Virus record (IMG/VR): IMGVR_UViG_3300047157_000138
Coordinates: 1,083-65,082 of that record
DNA length: 64,000 bases
From: a virus
Lineage: Duplodnaviria; Caudoviricetes
Strand: one strand, 5' to 3'
Position 1 is the first letter of the stretch, and each line of letters opens with the position of its first letter. Below, in pieces: positions 13,201-22,675 of the stretch. The position numbers and the translations under genes were made by a program. The notes beneath the pieces are model-generated. The model made no database searches and was not told the origin of the DNA. It was given only the letters and a program-made list of their open reading frames with translations.

Positions 13201-16200
13201 GTAGCAGATCGTATAAATTTAAATGAAAATAATCTAAATAGAGCTAGCGATATTCTTGCATTTTTTGACCAACTAAGTAATGGAGGCAAAAAAGCCAGTA
13301 ACTGGAGAAGTAAATTTGATACTTACAATTTATTAGCCACTGATATTAAAAATTTAGAATTAGTAGATATTCCTACGGGTAAAAAAGTAGAGAGCATAGA
13401 AAAAGGGGTTGAAGAAGTTATGAAATCTAGTAGCATGAAAGAAGCTACCGAAGATTTTAAAAACAAAAACTTAGCTAAAATAAATGCTGAATTTGAAAAA
13501 ATGAAAGCAGAAGGCCAAGATGCTACGTCTATAGGGTTTAATATTGGACTTAAGTTTCAAGATATAGCTAATAAAACAATGGAATCTTATTTGAGGGCTA
13601 AAGATCTTAATATTAATGCTGATACCAAATATGATATTGTTGCGGATTTAATGTATGAAGCAATACCAAAAGCTGTTAATGCTTATGTAGAAGGGCAAAG
13701 ATTTATAGACTACGTTAAAGAAAACAATCTTTCTAAAGAAGAAGCAGCTGTTGAATTTAAAAATAGAAACCTTCGAGAAACTTCCGGAACTGAAAGATTT
13801 GAGCGTCTATATGGAATGGCTAAAGGTGAAGTTAAGCAAGCAACTATTACTTCATACCTTTTAGGAAATTTAACTAATCAATTAATAGGTGTTTTTAAAA
13901 TGCCTAAATACGAAGGTATATTTAAAAATGTTTCTTTTGATGCTCAGAAAGTTGATAAACTACAAGCTGAAGGTGAGCTGGATATTCCGGTGTCAGAGCA
14001 AGGGTTTGTAGACACATCTTCCCCTGTTAAAAATGTGCAAAGAACTAGGAAATCTGCTGAAAGCATGCTTGGCTTATCTGAAAAAACTATAAACACCGTA
14101 AATAAAGTAGTTGAAAACATAACTAAAAAGCCAATTACGGACATTGACGCTAAAAGCAAAGGAGATATTGACATGGGTCCTGGCGGTAAAGTTAATATAG
14201 TTATGCTAGATAATAATAGAGCTCGTGTAACATATCCAGATGGCAAGAAAGAAATAATGCTGGGTGCTCGTTCTCCATTAAATATTATTAAAAAAATAAT
14301 AAAAAAGTTTAGATCTGAAGCTTTCCAAAAGCTTCGGGCACCGAAAGCAACAGAAGCAGAAAAAATTAAAGCTCAAGAAGAGTTTAATGTGTATAGCAAG
14401 CTTACCGATTCGCCTCCTAAGTTTGTTAAAGAAAAGATATTAAAAACAGAATTAGGCTTAGCTGTTGAAAAAGGAATATATGAAGAAATATCTAAAGACG
14501 CGGGGGAGTTAGGCACTACAGAATATCAAGGTTTTATTGATAGATCATTTCCATTATTTAAAACTTATTTAAGTCAAAGAGCTATTAATAAAAGATTTCC
14601 AGATTTTAAAGAACCTTTGTTAGGGCCTGATGGAAAACAAGTAAGAGCTAAAACAGCAGCTGGAGCTCCATTGTTTCTTAAGAAAAATATAAAACTAGCG
14701 GAATGGAGAAAATATTTCACAGGTAAAGATAGTCCGGATTTACAGCTTAGAAGAACATCGTTACTAGAAGCGCTTTCTAGAGAGTTAGGTTTTGATAGGG
14801 TTATGGAAATAACTATAGATGAAGGACTTAGAAAACAATTAGAAAATGATCAAATAGCAGTTAATAACGAATTAGATAATTCTTACGTAGCTTTATTCCA
14901 AAAAGCAGTTGACAGAGGTGAAGCAAATGGAGGTGCTATGGCTTCTAAAGCTCTTATAGAAAGCTCTAAAGGGTCTGGTAAAGACTTAAAGGAACTTAAA
15001 AAACAATGGTTAACCATATTCGTTCCTGGAGAAATAGTTGACAAAGAAAAGTTGAAAAAAGAAAGACCCAACGACTATGAGCTTTTAGCAGATATAATTT
15101 CCAGAGTTAATGGGTTTGGTCTAGTTGAAATTCAAAAAGAGGGAGCGAAGTTAAGGGATCAAGGTGTAGGAGATTCAATAAATATTGAAGGAATTGAAAC
15201 AAATCCCAATAAAACAATGTCCACCCGAACTAAAAGCGAAAGAGAATCCTTAGGTGAATCTATGGTTATGTTTGATAAATTAGCATCTTCATTTGTTACT
15301 GAAGCATCTACTAGTCAAACCAGCGAGGTAAAAAGATTGTTATCTAATATGTTTGGATTTACCAGTCGTATAAGTCCGGAAGGCGAACCTGTTAATGCTA
15401 ATGAGTACGAAAGTATAATAAAAAACAATAAAGGTATAGCTGAAACAATGGAAGCCAGTCCGCAACTAAAAGAAGCTTGGACTAAGGCAGAGATATTATT
15501 AAAAGAAACTTCTTTATTAGGAGAGAACGCCAAAGGAAAAAAAGATATAAATGAAGATTTTTTAACAACTACTTTTAACAGAAATATTGATGCATTTATA
15601 AACAAATTTAACGAAATACAAGCATTACCTAAATTAAAAGGAGAGGGAGAAGTTCAAGCTATAAACAGAAGAATTAAACTTTTAGATAAATATGCTAAAA
15701 CCCCTGAAGGAAAAGTTGCGATTAAAGATATACAATTTAAAGATGCTTTATTAGAGGCTTCATTGTTAACCTTTGGAGAAATGTTTAATTTTGGTAGCAA
15801 GTCACAAAAAGCTAAAGTTGCCGATTTACTTGCTTCTACTCTGTTAAACAACGATGGCGTAGGCTTTAGAGCATTTTCGTCACAAAAATACTTTGCTTTT
15901 ACAGCCGAAGCTTCTTTAAAAAGAGCTAAAAACGAACATTTAGATCCTAAGCAAAAGTTTGGTGTTAGGGTTATGGACGCTTTTATAAAAGGTGATTTGT
16001 CAAATCCTGAAGCTGTTAAAGCATTAACCTCTGGATATAACAGTTTATACGGATCTGAAAGATATCAAAAAATAGCAGACAGTCGAATTGGAGCTGTAAG
16101 ATCTTTACCTAGCTATAAAAAAATGATAGCAGCTACGGCTAAGCCTACTAAAAAAGATGCTAGAAGGGTAAAGAAAATGATAGATGGAAAACTAACATCT

Positions 16201-18996
16201 AAGGACCTAGATGCACTATCTAGAATATATGATATAACTACAGGAAAAAGTGCGTTAGAAGAGCTTATGTCAGACACAGCGGCTAATTTAAACGCTTCAA
16301 TCATAAAGGCTGAGTCTAGTGCTTTCAAAACCAATGCAAAACTTTTTAAATCCGGTAAAATGGAGGAGTCTAATAACCTTTCTACCAAACAACAACTGGA
16401 TCAATTAGAAAGTAAAATAGATAGAAAAAGACTTCAGATAACTGATGAAAAAACAGGTGAAGTAAGATTTGAAGGAGACAAAGAATATAAAACTAGAATG
16501 GAAGAACTGGAAGCTACTTCTCCTGAATTATTCTTACCTAAGGAGCTTGCCGGAATGATAGAAAGGAAAGGCGGCGTGAAGGCAGATGAAGAAATATCGG
16601 ATTCTAAAGCTTTTATGGAAGGTAAGAAAAGACGAGATGATTTATTTTTACCATCTAATTCTGAAGATCTTCAAGGTTTACTATATAAAGTTTATGGTAA
16701 AGGCAAGCAAGGAGAAGAGGATATGGCTTTTATGAAAGAACATATACTTAGACCATTGACTAGAGCTGAGAACGATTTAAGTGTTTATAGAATGAATCTA
16801 GTAGTAGACTATAAAACACTTGAAGCTAAAATGAAGGAGCTTGGAAATAATAAAGCTGAAAGAGAGGCGGTTAAAAGAGTAGAAAAACTTGGGTATAACA
16901 TTGACCAAGCAGTAAGAGTTTATATATGGAATAGGTTGAACGAAAAAATTCCTGGTATTTCAGAGGTTGAGGTTGCACAATTAGCAGGGGCAGTTCATAA
17001 CTCAGAAAGACTTCAGGCTTATGCTAAAGGTATAATGAACATAACAAAAACATCTGATAAATATCCTAAACCTACAGCGAACTGGTTTAGAAGTAATGTT
17101 CAGTATGATTTATTTACTTATGCTACCGATGGTGTACGTGCCGATTTCTTAGCTCCTTGGCAAGCTAATGTGGATGCCATGTTTGACAAACAAAACCTGA
17201 ATAAGTTAGAGGCTAGGTTTGGAGGCAAGTATGTGTATAATCTTAAACAGATGCTTAAAAGAATTGAGCGTGGTAAATCAAGGCCCGAAAGTACTAATGA
17301 ATCTTTTAACAAAGCTTTAAACTATGTTAACGGATCTGTAGCTACTATTATGTTTTTAAACATGCGATCCGCAGCTTTACAAACTATATCTGCGGCTAAC
17401 TATGTCAACTGGACAGATAACAATCCTGTTGCTATAGGTAAAGTCATCGCGGAAAACCCTGCTGAATTTATAAGAGTTGCTAAAAAAATATGGAGCTCCG
17501 ATGCACTTAAAGATAGAAGATCCGGACTTAGAATAAATGTAGAAGAAGCTGAAATGGCTAAAGCTATAAACCAAGGGGGCAGAACAAATCTTCAGGGTTT
17601 ATGGGATACTATGGTTAAAGTAGGGTTTAAACCTACTCAAATGGCAGATAGTTTTGCTATTGTAACAGGAGGTACTCCTTTTTACATGAACAGAATGAAA
17701 ACTTATGAAAAGCAGGGGTTAAGTAAAAGTGAAGCAGAAAACAAAGCTTTTGAAGACTTTTTAGATGTCACTCAAGAAGGACAACAATCATCACAAATGG
17801 ACCGTGTTTCTAATATACAAACAGGTTTAATGGGTAGGTTAGTATTTTCATTTAACAATACACCTTTTCAAATGTCAAGAATACAAAAGAAAGCTGCTCT
17901 TGATTTAGTGAATAGAAGAGGTAGTGATCGTGCTAATGCGTCAAGACTAGCTTATTATGCTTTCATGCAAAGTACTTTGTTTTACGGATTGCAGCAAGGA
18001 TTTTATGCAACACTTATGTCTGACGACGATGACAAATTAACCGAAAAACAACAAGAAGAAAAGTATAAAGACTTTGAAAAAAGAGTGGATAAACTAGGTA
18101 AAAGTGTATTTCAAGGAATACTAACTGGCTCTGGACTACCTGGAAAAGTTGTAACAACTTTGTATAATACTGTAGACAAAGCAATCGAAGAATATGATAA
18201 AGGTTATCAGGGTAAAGACTTTTTTCCTATATTAAATCAAGCCTTGTCTATATCTCCAACTCTTGGTAGTAAAGCTAGTAGGTTAGGTAGAAACTGGGAA
18301 AGTTTAATATACACTGATTTCACTAAAAAAGGTAGAGAAATTAGAAATACTTATAGTGATTTTGATCCTAGAAATCCTAATGCTAAAGCTTACTTATCTA
18401 TGTTTGGAACTCTAACTAATATACCTTTAGATAGAATTGTTACTAAAATGGAAAATATTCAAGGAGTTCTTGATGACCAATCCTCTGGTTGGGAAAAAGT
18501 TGCAATGACACTTGGTACACCTAAATATCAATTACAAACTAAAGAACAAAACGAAGCTGATAGGCAAGCTAGAATAGATAAATTTTATAAAGAAAATACA
18601 CCAAAAGGCGATCGCGATTTTAATGCCATATCTGATTTAAATAAAAAAGAACAATTAAAGTTTATGACAGATCTTGATATAGAAAGTAATAAATATTTCA
18701 AAATTAAAAACGACGAAGAAAAAAGAATTAATTTTATAATTAGAAAAGGATTAGAAAAAGGAATAGACTTAGAAGTTGAAGCAGAAAAATATATAATAAA
18801 AAAGCCAGAAAGATCTGCTGAATATAAGGAGCTAGCTAAACTTACTAAAAAACAGCAGTTAGAATTAATGACAATTTTAGACATTGGTGATGAATATTTT
18901 AAATTAAAAGATGGAAAAGAAGAGGATCGCGTTAATTGGATCCTTAAAAAACAAAAAGAAAAATCAAACAATAATAAACAAAACTCTTTAAAATAA
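10201..18996 (+). CDS. Giant (2931 aa) putative internal virion / polyvalent protein with zincin HExxH motif and possible sigma-region-2-like segment
   Basis: Uninterrupted ORF; HEINH at 12868-12882 with downstream ADEYISYLTE; last large gene of the structural arm. Confidence 0.7.
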   Translation: MYKYRIGKKEVVFNSPEEREKGLAEAEAAGLTIELIYDHSEETGDGSFNIKDDWETDDFTTGKDLDKVFQTDAAEGADVVSETTAQDTELSLEDGSSVSIEPLEGDDLAVIEGSDPITETIKFASLPEEVKKETRFQAGIANTIAKTFVERDVFQLEDKLPGQNVSEMDKEGKLTMLTSEAINNYFASQPGETLLDNEQIDAIAFNIVNDLKQAEIAEINNKSSIAAKRLKDPDAFVATSINNSFDKMTKPQQELIVARQNLANANKIFEGEDYKQRMANAQNIIDLEEKVSVARDNYKKGATGLSDINTGKQLTRPELIQYELEGKETADYSDEIKDLIKSLPTTSEKLKSSWIGNTIEIQELNEELQNKVTLVSKPGRGDGIQREYTFEQLMKLRNAGTDLEIFDVAVGEDEQLAQSISNDMFDNYNNRRRALNIKQQALDELYLYDIDPGSVEKKGTGLLSQFEKTALKATFGDVIEDIYPQTQRDLLDVTENVFSDLGIETTEAQKKNFERTFGMQVAEGVGYFVPELAKFAVANAITGGVLGTAKTMVQTANGWKAITWANRINQLKRSGSTLNKAKGLVFDAIVEEIKFKGVTGGESATGAGAGFALGGAGFRALPFKLSPKVLSYRNQAVINPIFNKVVGGGIGGATSSEVALVVEDMYKAATTDKDLLNLLKKSFVEDADGNDVDVLERYFVNAAVFSAIGVTHMRPKDIRKISTVRNLNNQYNGKLDLENAIRKKNKAKGKIIEKEMSEVEYNNLIDKIFQTESILAVADKGYNELDLSKIREQRDDAQNWLSTDPSKRSDAFTDSAQARAVINKYDQSITRVRSVINKTLENVEESNILGNDFKYKVVDTLPEGDKGLFLPKSNEIIINLSEFKAGVTEHEINHAIINKLITSNSELAIGLRKIIEADVSAKLKGIEFKLGEEDLELSEWIDKTHADKDERGKADEYISYLTEMFNNPKYREKLIDTGVISDLKNSISTVMENFGMKRGSVADRINLNENNLNRASDILAFFDQLSNGGKKASNWRSKFDTYNLLATDIKNLELVDIPTGKKVESIEKGVEEVMKSSSMKEATEDFKNKNLAKINAEFEKMKAEGQDATSIGFNIGLKFQDIANKTMESYLRAKDLNINADTKYDIVADLMYEAIPKAVNAYVEGQRFIDYVKENNLSKEEAAVEFKNRNLRETSGTERFERLYGMAKGEVKQATITSYLLGNLTNQLIGVFKMPKYEGIFKNVSFDAQKVDKLQAEGELDIPVSEQGFVDTSSPVKNVQRTRKSAESMLGLSEKTINTVNKVVENITKKPITDIDAKSKGDIDMGPGGKVNIVMLDNNRARVTYPDGKKEIMLGARSPLNIIKKIIKKFRSEAFQKLRAPKATEAEKIKAQEEFNVYSKLTDSPPKFVKEKILKTELGLAVEKGIYEEISKDAGELGTTEYQGFIDRSFPLFKTYLSQRAINKRFPDFKEPLLGPDGKQVRAKTAAGAPLFLKKNIKLAEWRKYFTGKDSPDLQLRRTSLLEALSRELGFDRVMEITIDEGLRKQLENDQIAVNNELDNSYVALFQKAVDRGEANGGAMASKALIESSKGSGKDLKELKKQWLTIFVPGEIVDKEKLKKERPNDYELLADIISRVNGFGLVEIQKEGAKLRDQGVGDSINIEGIETNPNKTMSTRTKSERESLGESMVMFDKLASSFVTEASTSQTSEVKRLLSNMFGFTSRISPEGEPVNANEYESIIKNNKGIAETMEASPQLKEAWTKAEILLKETSLLGENAKGKKDINEDFLTTTFNRNIDAFINKFNEIQALPKLKGEGEVQAINRRIKLLDKYAKTPEGKVAIKDIQFKDALLEASLLTFGEMFNFGSKSQKAKVADLLASTLLNNDGVGFRAFSSQKYFAFTAEASLKRAKNEHLDPKQKFGVRVMDAFIKGDLSNPEAVKALTSGYNSLYGSERYQKIADSRIGAVRSLPSYKKMIAATAKPTKKDARRVKKMIDGKLTSKDLDALSRIYDITTGKSALEELMSDTAANLNASIIKAESSAFKTNAKLFKSGKMEESNNLSTKQQLDQLESKIDRKRLQITDEKTGEVRFEGDKEYKTRMEELEATSPELFLPKELAGMIERKGGVKADEEISDSKAFMEGKKRRDDLFLPSNSEDLQGLLYKVYGKGKQGEEDMAFMKEHILRPLTRAENDLSVYRMNLVVDYKTLEAKMKELGNNKAEREAVKRVEKLGYNIDQAVRVYIWNRLNEKIPGISEVEVAQLAGAVHNSERLQAYAKGIMNITKTSDKYPKPTANWFRSNVQYDLFTYATDGVRADFLAPWQANVDAMFDKQNLNKLEARFGGKYVYNLKQMLKRIERGKSRPESTNESFNKALNYVNGSVATIMFLNMRSAALQTISAANYVNWTDNNPVAIGKVIAENPAEFIRVAKKIWSSDALKDRRSGLRINVEEAEMAKAINQGGRTNLQGLWDTMVKVGFKPTQMADSFAIVTGGTPFYMNRMKTYEKQGLSKSEAENKAFEDFLDVTQEGQQSSQMDRVSNIQTGLMGRLVFSFNNTPFQMSRIQKKAALDLVNRRGSDRANASRLAYYAFMQSTLFYGLQQGFYATLMSDDDDKLTEKQQEEKYKDFEKRVDKLGKSVFQGILTGSGLPGKVVTTLYNTVDKAIEEYDKGYQGKDFFPILNQALSISPTLGSKASRLGRNWESLIYTDFTKKGREIRNTYSDFDPRNPNAKAYLSMFGTLTNIPLDRIVTKMENIQGVLDDQSSGWEKVAMTLGTPKYQLQTKEQNEADRQARIDKFYKENTPKGDRDFNAISDLNKKEQLKFMTDLDIESNKYFKIKNDEEKRINFIIRKGLEKGIDLEVEAEKYIIKKPERSAEYKELAKLTKKQQLELMTILDIGDEYFKLKDGKEEDRVNWILKKQKEKSNNNKQNSLK

Positions 18997-19001
18997 AAGC
19001 T

Positions 19002-19169
19002 ATGGATATAAACGATTTGAAAATGGGATTATTAAATGCTAGCGCGTTAGCTGTGTCAATGTCTCAAATCGACAGCGTATTGAAAATAACTTTACTAATC
19101 GTTTCAATTGGTTATACCATAAGTAAATGGCACGGGGTTGTAAAAAACAAAAAAAACAAAAAAAAATAA
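19002..19169 (+). CDS. Small membrane protein, possible holin (55 aa)
   Basis: Manual translation MDINDLKMGLLNASALAVSMSQIDSVLKITLLIVSIGYTISKWHGVVKNKKNKKK; hydrophobic helix plus basic tail. Confidence 0.5.
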   Translation: MDINDLKMGLLNASALAVSMSQIDSVLKITLLIVSIGYTISKWHGVVKNKKNKKK

Positions 19170-19324
19170 CTATGACTGATCTAAAAGAAAAATCAAAATT
19201 TAAAAAGCTACTTATTTGGCTAATGAGCAAATGGAATTCATTTATGTACTTACTAATGTTTAAAAATTACGATTAAAAATAGAATTAAACAAAACAGGCT
19301 ACCACACCTTAAAAATTCTATAAT

Positions 19325-19359
19325 AAAAAAGCCGCTACAATTAAGTAACGGCTTTTTTT
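19325..19359. terminator. Bidirectional intrinsic terminator at the convergence of the two arms
   Basis: aaaaaaGCCGctac-aattaa-gtaaCGGCttttttt between convergent genes. Confidence 0.85.
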
Positions 19360-19362
19360 AAT

Positions 19363-21225
19363 TTAAGTAATTTCACATGCTCCTCCCGCACAAGCAAGTT
19401 CTCCGGACAAATCTGTTTCATCATCTTCTTCCTCAATTCTTGCAATGTCAACGAGTTTTAATGTTTCCATCATTTCATTGTACTTAGTCTCATCTATATC
19501 TTCAAAAGGCGCTTGAACATAAGTACCTCCATTGTAAGGTAACACGGATAAACCATTATAAAATTCTTTATTATCCCACATCCATTCACCAATCATATCC
19601 CATTCATCTTCTTTGATAGATACGGTAGCGGATATATTATGTGTATTCCTACCACCTCTGTGACCCGGTTTAACCCACATCTCAGATACAAATTTTACAC
19701 GTTCTAATAATTCTACAGGATGTTCTGTTCTAAGCATAGATCCCTCTGGTGCTTTCTGTGGTATAGATATTACTGCTGTGTCGTGAGGCCTAAAGTATTC
19801 ATCTTCAATTAACTCAGGATGGTTTTCAGCAAGGAACTTATACATTGACTCGTTCTTACCTACACGTATTCTTCTTACATAATAATCATTATGCCAAGCA
19901 TGAATACCAGATGACGTTCCTAACGTCAATGATGTAGTTCCCGCTGGTTTAACCGTTGTTGATCTAGCTGATGGGTTTATACCTATTAATTTTGCAACAC
20001 GTTTATTTTCTGCTTTAACAAGTAAAGCTGCTTTATCCATGTCTAATTTAAGTACTCTACCTGACCCAATCCCTGTAATTGAAACGCCAATTAAAGCATC
20101 TTTTTCTGTTGTAGTTCTCCATATATCTCTAAGATAATGAAAGCTCGTATATGAAGCCTGTAGCGTACCTATAAGAGCCGCGTGAGTCACACGTCTATCA
20201 AACTCTTCTTGGTTATCTAAGTCCGAACCATTAACTTCGCATAAGTTGCAAAATTGATATGGTCTAAGTGCAATTTCACAGCATGGATTAGTTCCCCAAT
20301 CTTTATCATTAGTTAAATAAAACCCTGGTTCACCTGAGCCTGATAACTCAATACGTTTCCACAGATCCATAAAGTAACCTTTGGTTAACTTATCTCTCAT
20401 TAGCACAGCTGAATTGTTAGCTCTACCCCGTTGTGGATTTTGTTCCCACCAATCACCAGACTTGCATGCAATCATTGCAATATCATCTGATGAAAATAAA
20501 GATATTAAAGCTGCTCTTCTAATGCCTCCTGCTAAAACTGAATCAGCAATGTGACATATAATATCATGAGCTTGTACTGTGCTTAAATAATCTCCATCTT
20601 TTAATGAATCCAATATACCAGTTATTTTTACTATAGCTTCTTTAAGAGGTTGGGGACCAGGTGCTTTACCTCCTGACGTTACTAACCTTGCTCCTTTAGC
20701 TCGTATATCCGAATAATCAAATTCAATTCTTGACGATCTTTTATTACCTAAATATGATTTCATCAATACTTTAATAGCATCAGCCCACCCTTCAATTGAA
20801 TCCATTACTAAGAATCTTCTTGTGCGTTTTTCAAACGGCACGGTTACAGATGGCAATTTAGCTACATGATGTTGTTGTACAGAGTAACCTACACCAGTTC
20901 CGCCTAATAATAAAAACATCGTTTCACTAAATGCAGCTACGGATTCTACCGGTAAGTAAGCGCAATTGTATATCCTGTTAGGAGATATTTCGATAGGTTT
21001 ACCGCCAAATTGTAAACTACGCATACTTGGTAATATATTTTTGCTATACACATCTTCATAAGCTAATCTTATTTCTTTTTCTAAGTTTGGAAATTTCTTT
21101 ATATGCATTGATTCATTTCTAAACACAAGCTGATCCCATGTTTCACGACGCTTTGTTTCCGGTATGTACTTTGCGTATTTCATAAATACCGTTATGTCAC
21201 TTAATATTCTGTTTGATTTGTTCAT
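19363..21225 (-). CDS. nrdJ: Class II (adenosylcobalamin-dependent) ribonucleotide reductase
   Basis: YNCAY, RRAALISL, GTNPCCEI, FCNLCEVN, TVKPAGT, C-terminal CAGGAC; no beta-subunit gene in the genome. Confidence 0.88.
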   Translation of the reverse strand: MNKSNRILSDITVFMKYAKYIPETKRRETWDQLVFRNESMHIKKFPNLEKEIRLAYEDVYSKNILPSMRSLQFGGKPIEISPNRIYNCAYLPVESVAAFSETMFLLLGGTGVGYSVQQHHVAKLPSVTVPFEKRTRRFLVMDSIEGWADAIKVLMKSYLGNKRSSRIEFDYSDIRAKGARLVTSGGKAPGPQPLKEAIVKITGILDSLKDGDYLSTVQAHDIICHIADSVLAGGIRRAALISLFSSDDIAMIACKSGDWWEQNPQRGRANNSAVLMRDKLTKGYFMDLWKRIELSGSGEPGFYLTNDKDWGTNPCCEIALRPYQFCNLCEVNGSDLDNQEEFDRRVTHAALIGTLQASYTSFHYLRDIWRTTTEKDALIGVSITGIGSGRVLKLDMDKAALLVKAENKRVAKLIGINPSARSTTVKPAGTTSLTLGTSSGIHAWHNDYYVRRIRVGKNESMYKFLAENHPELIEDEYFRPHDTAVISIPQKAPEGSMLRTEHPVELLERVKFVSEMWVKPGHRGGRNTHNISATVSIKEDEWDMIGEWMWDNKEFYNGLSVLPYNGGTYVQAPFEDIDETKYNEMMETLKLVDIARIEEEDDETDLSGELACAGGACEIT

Positions 21226-21358
21226 TTATAATACTCTTATTTTATATTCATCTTGTTTTTTAACTAATTCTTTCCAGGAGATCTTGCCTTTATTATTCCA
21301 GGACCATTTAACCCACTTAGCTATTTGCCGTTCGCCATAAGCTTTACGAGCTAATCGT

Positions 21359-21811
21359 TTATTGTTTCCTACCATCTAATATAAGTTTAATCATTAATGC
21401 TACGTCTTTTTGGTTTTGAGGTTTGTATAAAGTTCTAGTTTCATTATTTAGCGTACACCAAAGCTTAAATAACTTCCAGCGTAGTGGAAACTGTTCATTA
21501 GCTCTTCCTTTGCATTCAATTATATAATCCTTACCTGTAAAGTCAGGAGTATATTTAATACCCAGTATTTTCTTTTGGCCTCTGTCTTTCATATCACCTT
21601 TACCATTTGATTGTTTCTCAAATGATATGTTAGGGAAACGAAAACCTTCTAAAGTTTGAAACACTTCCTCTTCATACTTTTCAAATAACTTAGCGTCTTT
21701 TAAAGCTAAGTATGTATGCTTTTCTAAACCTGATCGAAATTCTATCCCATCCGCTGTAGCTTTTTTTGCACGGACGGGACCTTTCTTCTTTGATCTTTTA
21801 AAGCGTTTCAT
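21359..21811 (-). CDS. T7 endonuclease I-like Holliday junction resolvase
   Basis: FRSGLE, YTPDF, IIECKG motifs. Confidence 0.8.
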   Translation of the reverse strand: MKRFKRSKKKGPVRAKKATADGIEFRSGLEKHTYLALKDAKLFEKYEEEVFQTLEGFRFPNISFEKQSNGKGDMKDRGQKKILGIKYTPDFTGKDYIIECKGRANEQFPLRWKLFKLWCTLNNETRTLYKPQNQKDVALMIKLILDGRKQ

Positions 21812-22664
21812 TCTTTACAAATGATCCGTTAATCATAGAGCCTTTACGTTTGCTTATAACATCATAGGCACTTTGTATACAGTCTTCAATTTCTAAGCCA
21901 GCTAAATGAGCTAAGTTAGTTAATACAACAACCATATCGCCAATACCATCTTTTAATTCAGGTATATCGTTTTTAATAATTGCTCTTGCAACTTCTCCAG
22001 CCTCTTCTTGCAGCTTAACATATTGTGTTTTAACGTCACCTTTTTCATACAAACCGCGCTCGTGTGCCCAAGATCTTATAGCTGGAAATATACATTTACC
22101 ACAACTTGTAGAAACATATTCATAATTAACTTGCATCTCCATAGCTTCAGCTATATTAGCAGGCATATCTTCCTTAACAGCTTTAGCTAATGCCTTATTA
22201 TACACATAACATCGGTCATTAGTATACATTGACGTTCTAGCATTATCTTTGCACCAGTTAATTAATGTATCATTAACTACAAACTTTTGTCCGTCATTTA
22301 ATTCAATTATACGACCGCGATTGTCCATAAGATAAGATACTATTTCCCTAGCATAACACGGGAAGGTTGTAGTCATATCAGTAACATTAATTTTAAATTT
22401 ATCTTTTTTCATAGCTTTCTTTTTTGGCTTTTGTTTTTTCATTAAACTTTTGTAGCTTTGTCTATCTATAGGATAACCATAAAACTTTTGGTATTCTATT
22501 TCTTTTTTAGAAGCTGCTGCCATATCTCTTGATACAAATAACAACTCAACTTCTTCAGGTTCATAGCCTTGTTGTTCAAAGACTCTGTCTCCTAAATCTT
22601 TAGTCATACCTATTTTAATTTTAGGTATGTGATAAACGTAATACATTGATTTTGTTTTACTCAT
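21798..22664 (-). CDS. MazG-like NTP pyrophosphohydrolase with N-terminal GIY-YIG-like region
   Basis: C-term KLQEEAGE...DGIGDMVVVL...AYDVISKRKG; N-term YYVYH...KIGMTKDL..R. Confidence 0.75.
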   Translation of the reverse strand: MSKTKSMYYVYHIPKIKIGMTKDLGDRVFEQQGYEPEEVELLFVSRDMAAASKKEIEYQKFYGYPIDRQSYKSLMKKQKPKKKAMKKDKFKINVTDMTTTFPCYAREIVSYLMDNRGRIIELNDGQKFVVNDTLINWCKDNARTSMYTNDRCYVYNKALAKAVKEDMPANIAEAMEMQVNYEYVSTSCGKCIFPAIRSWAHERGLYEKGDVKTQYVKLQEEAGEVARAIIKNDIPELKDGIGDMVVVLTNLAHLAGLEIEDCIQSAYDVISKRKGSMINGSFVKNETL

Positions 22665-22675
22665 AGGGTTTTGTT

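Noticed and set aside
10407-18971. Numerous minus-strand ORFs opposite the giant gene (and similar shadow ORFs opposite other long genes)
   Set aside because: These are antisense shadows of codon bias with no motifs or start context.
10201-18996. crAss/N4-type virion RNA polymerase
   Set aside because: No convincing DxDxD catalytic loop context (such as DFDID or DFDGD) and no T7-type motifs seen. It cannot be fully excluded without a structure search.
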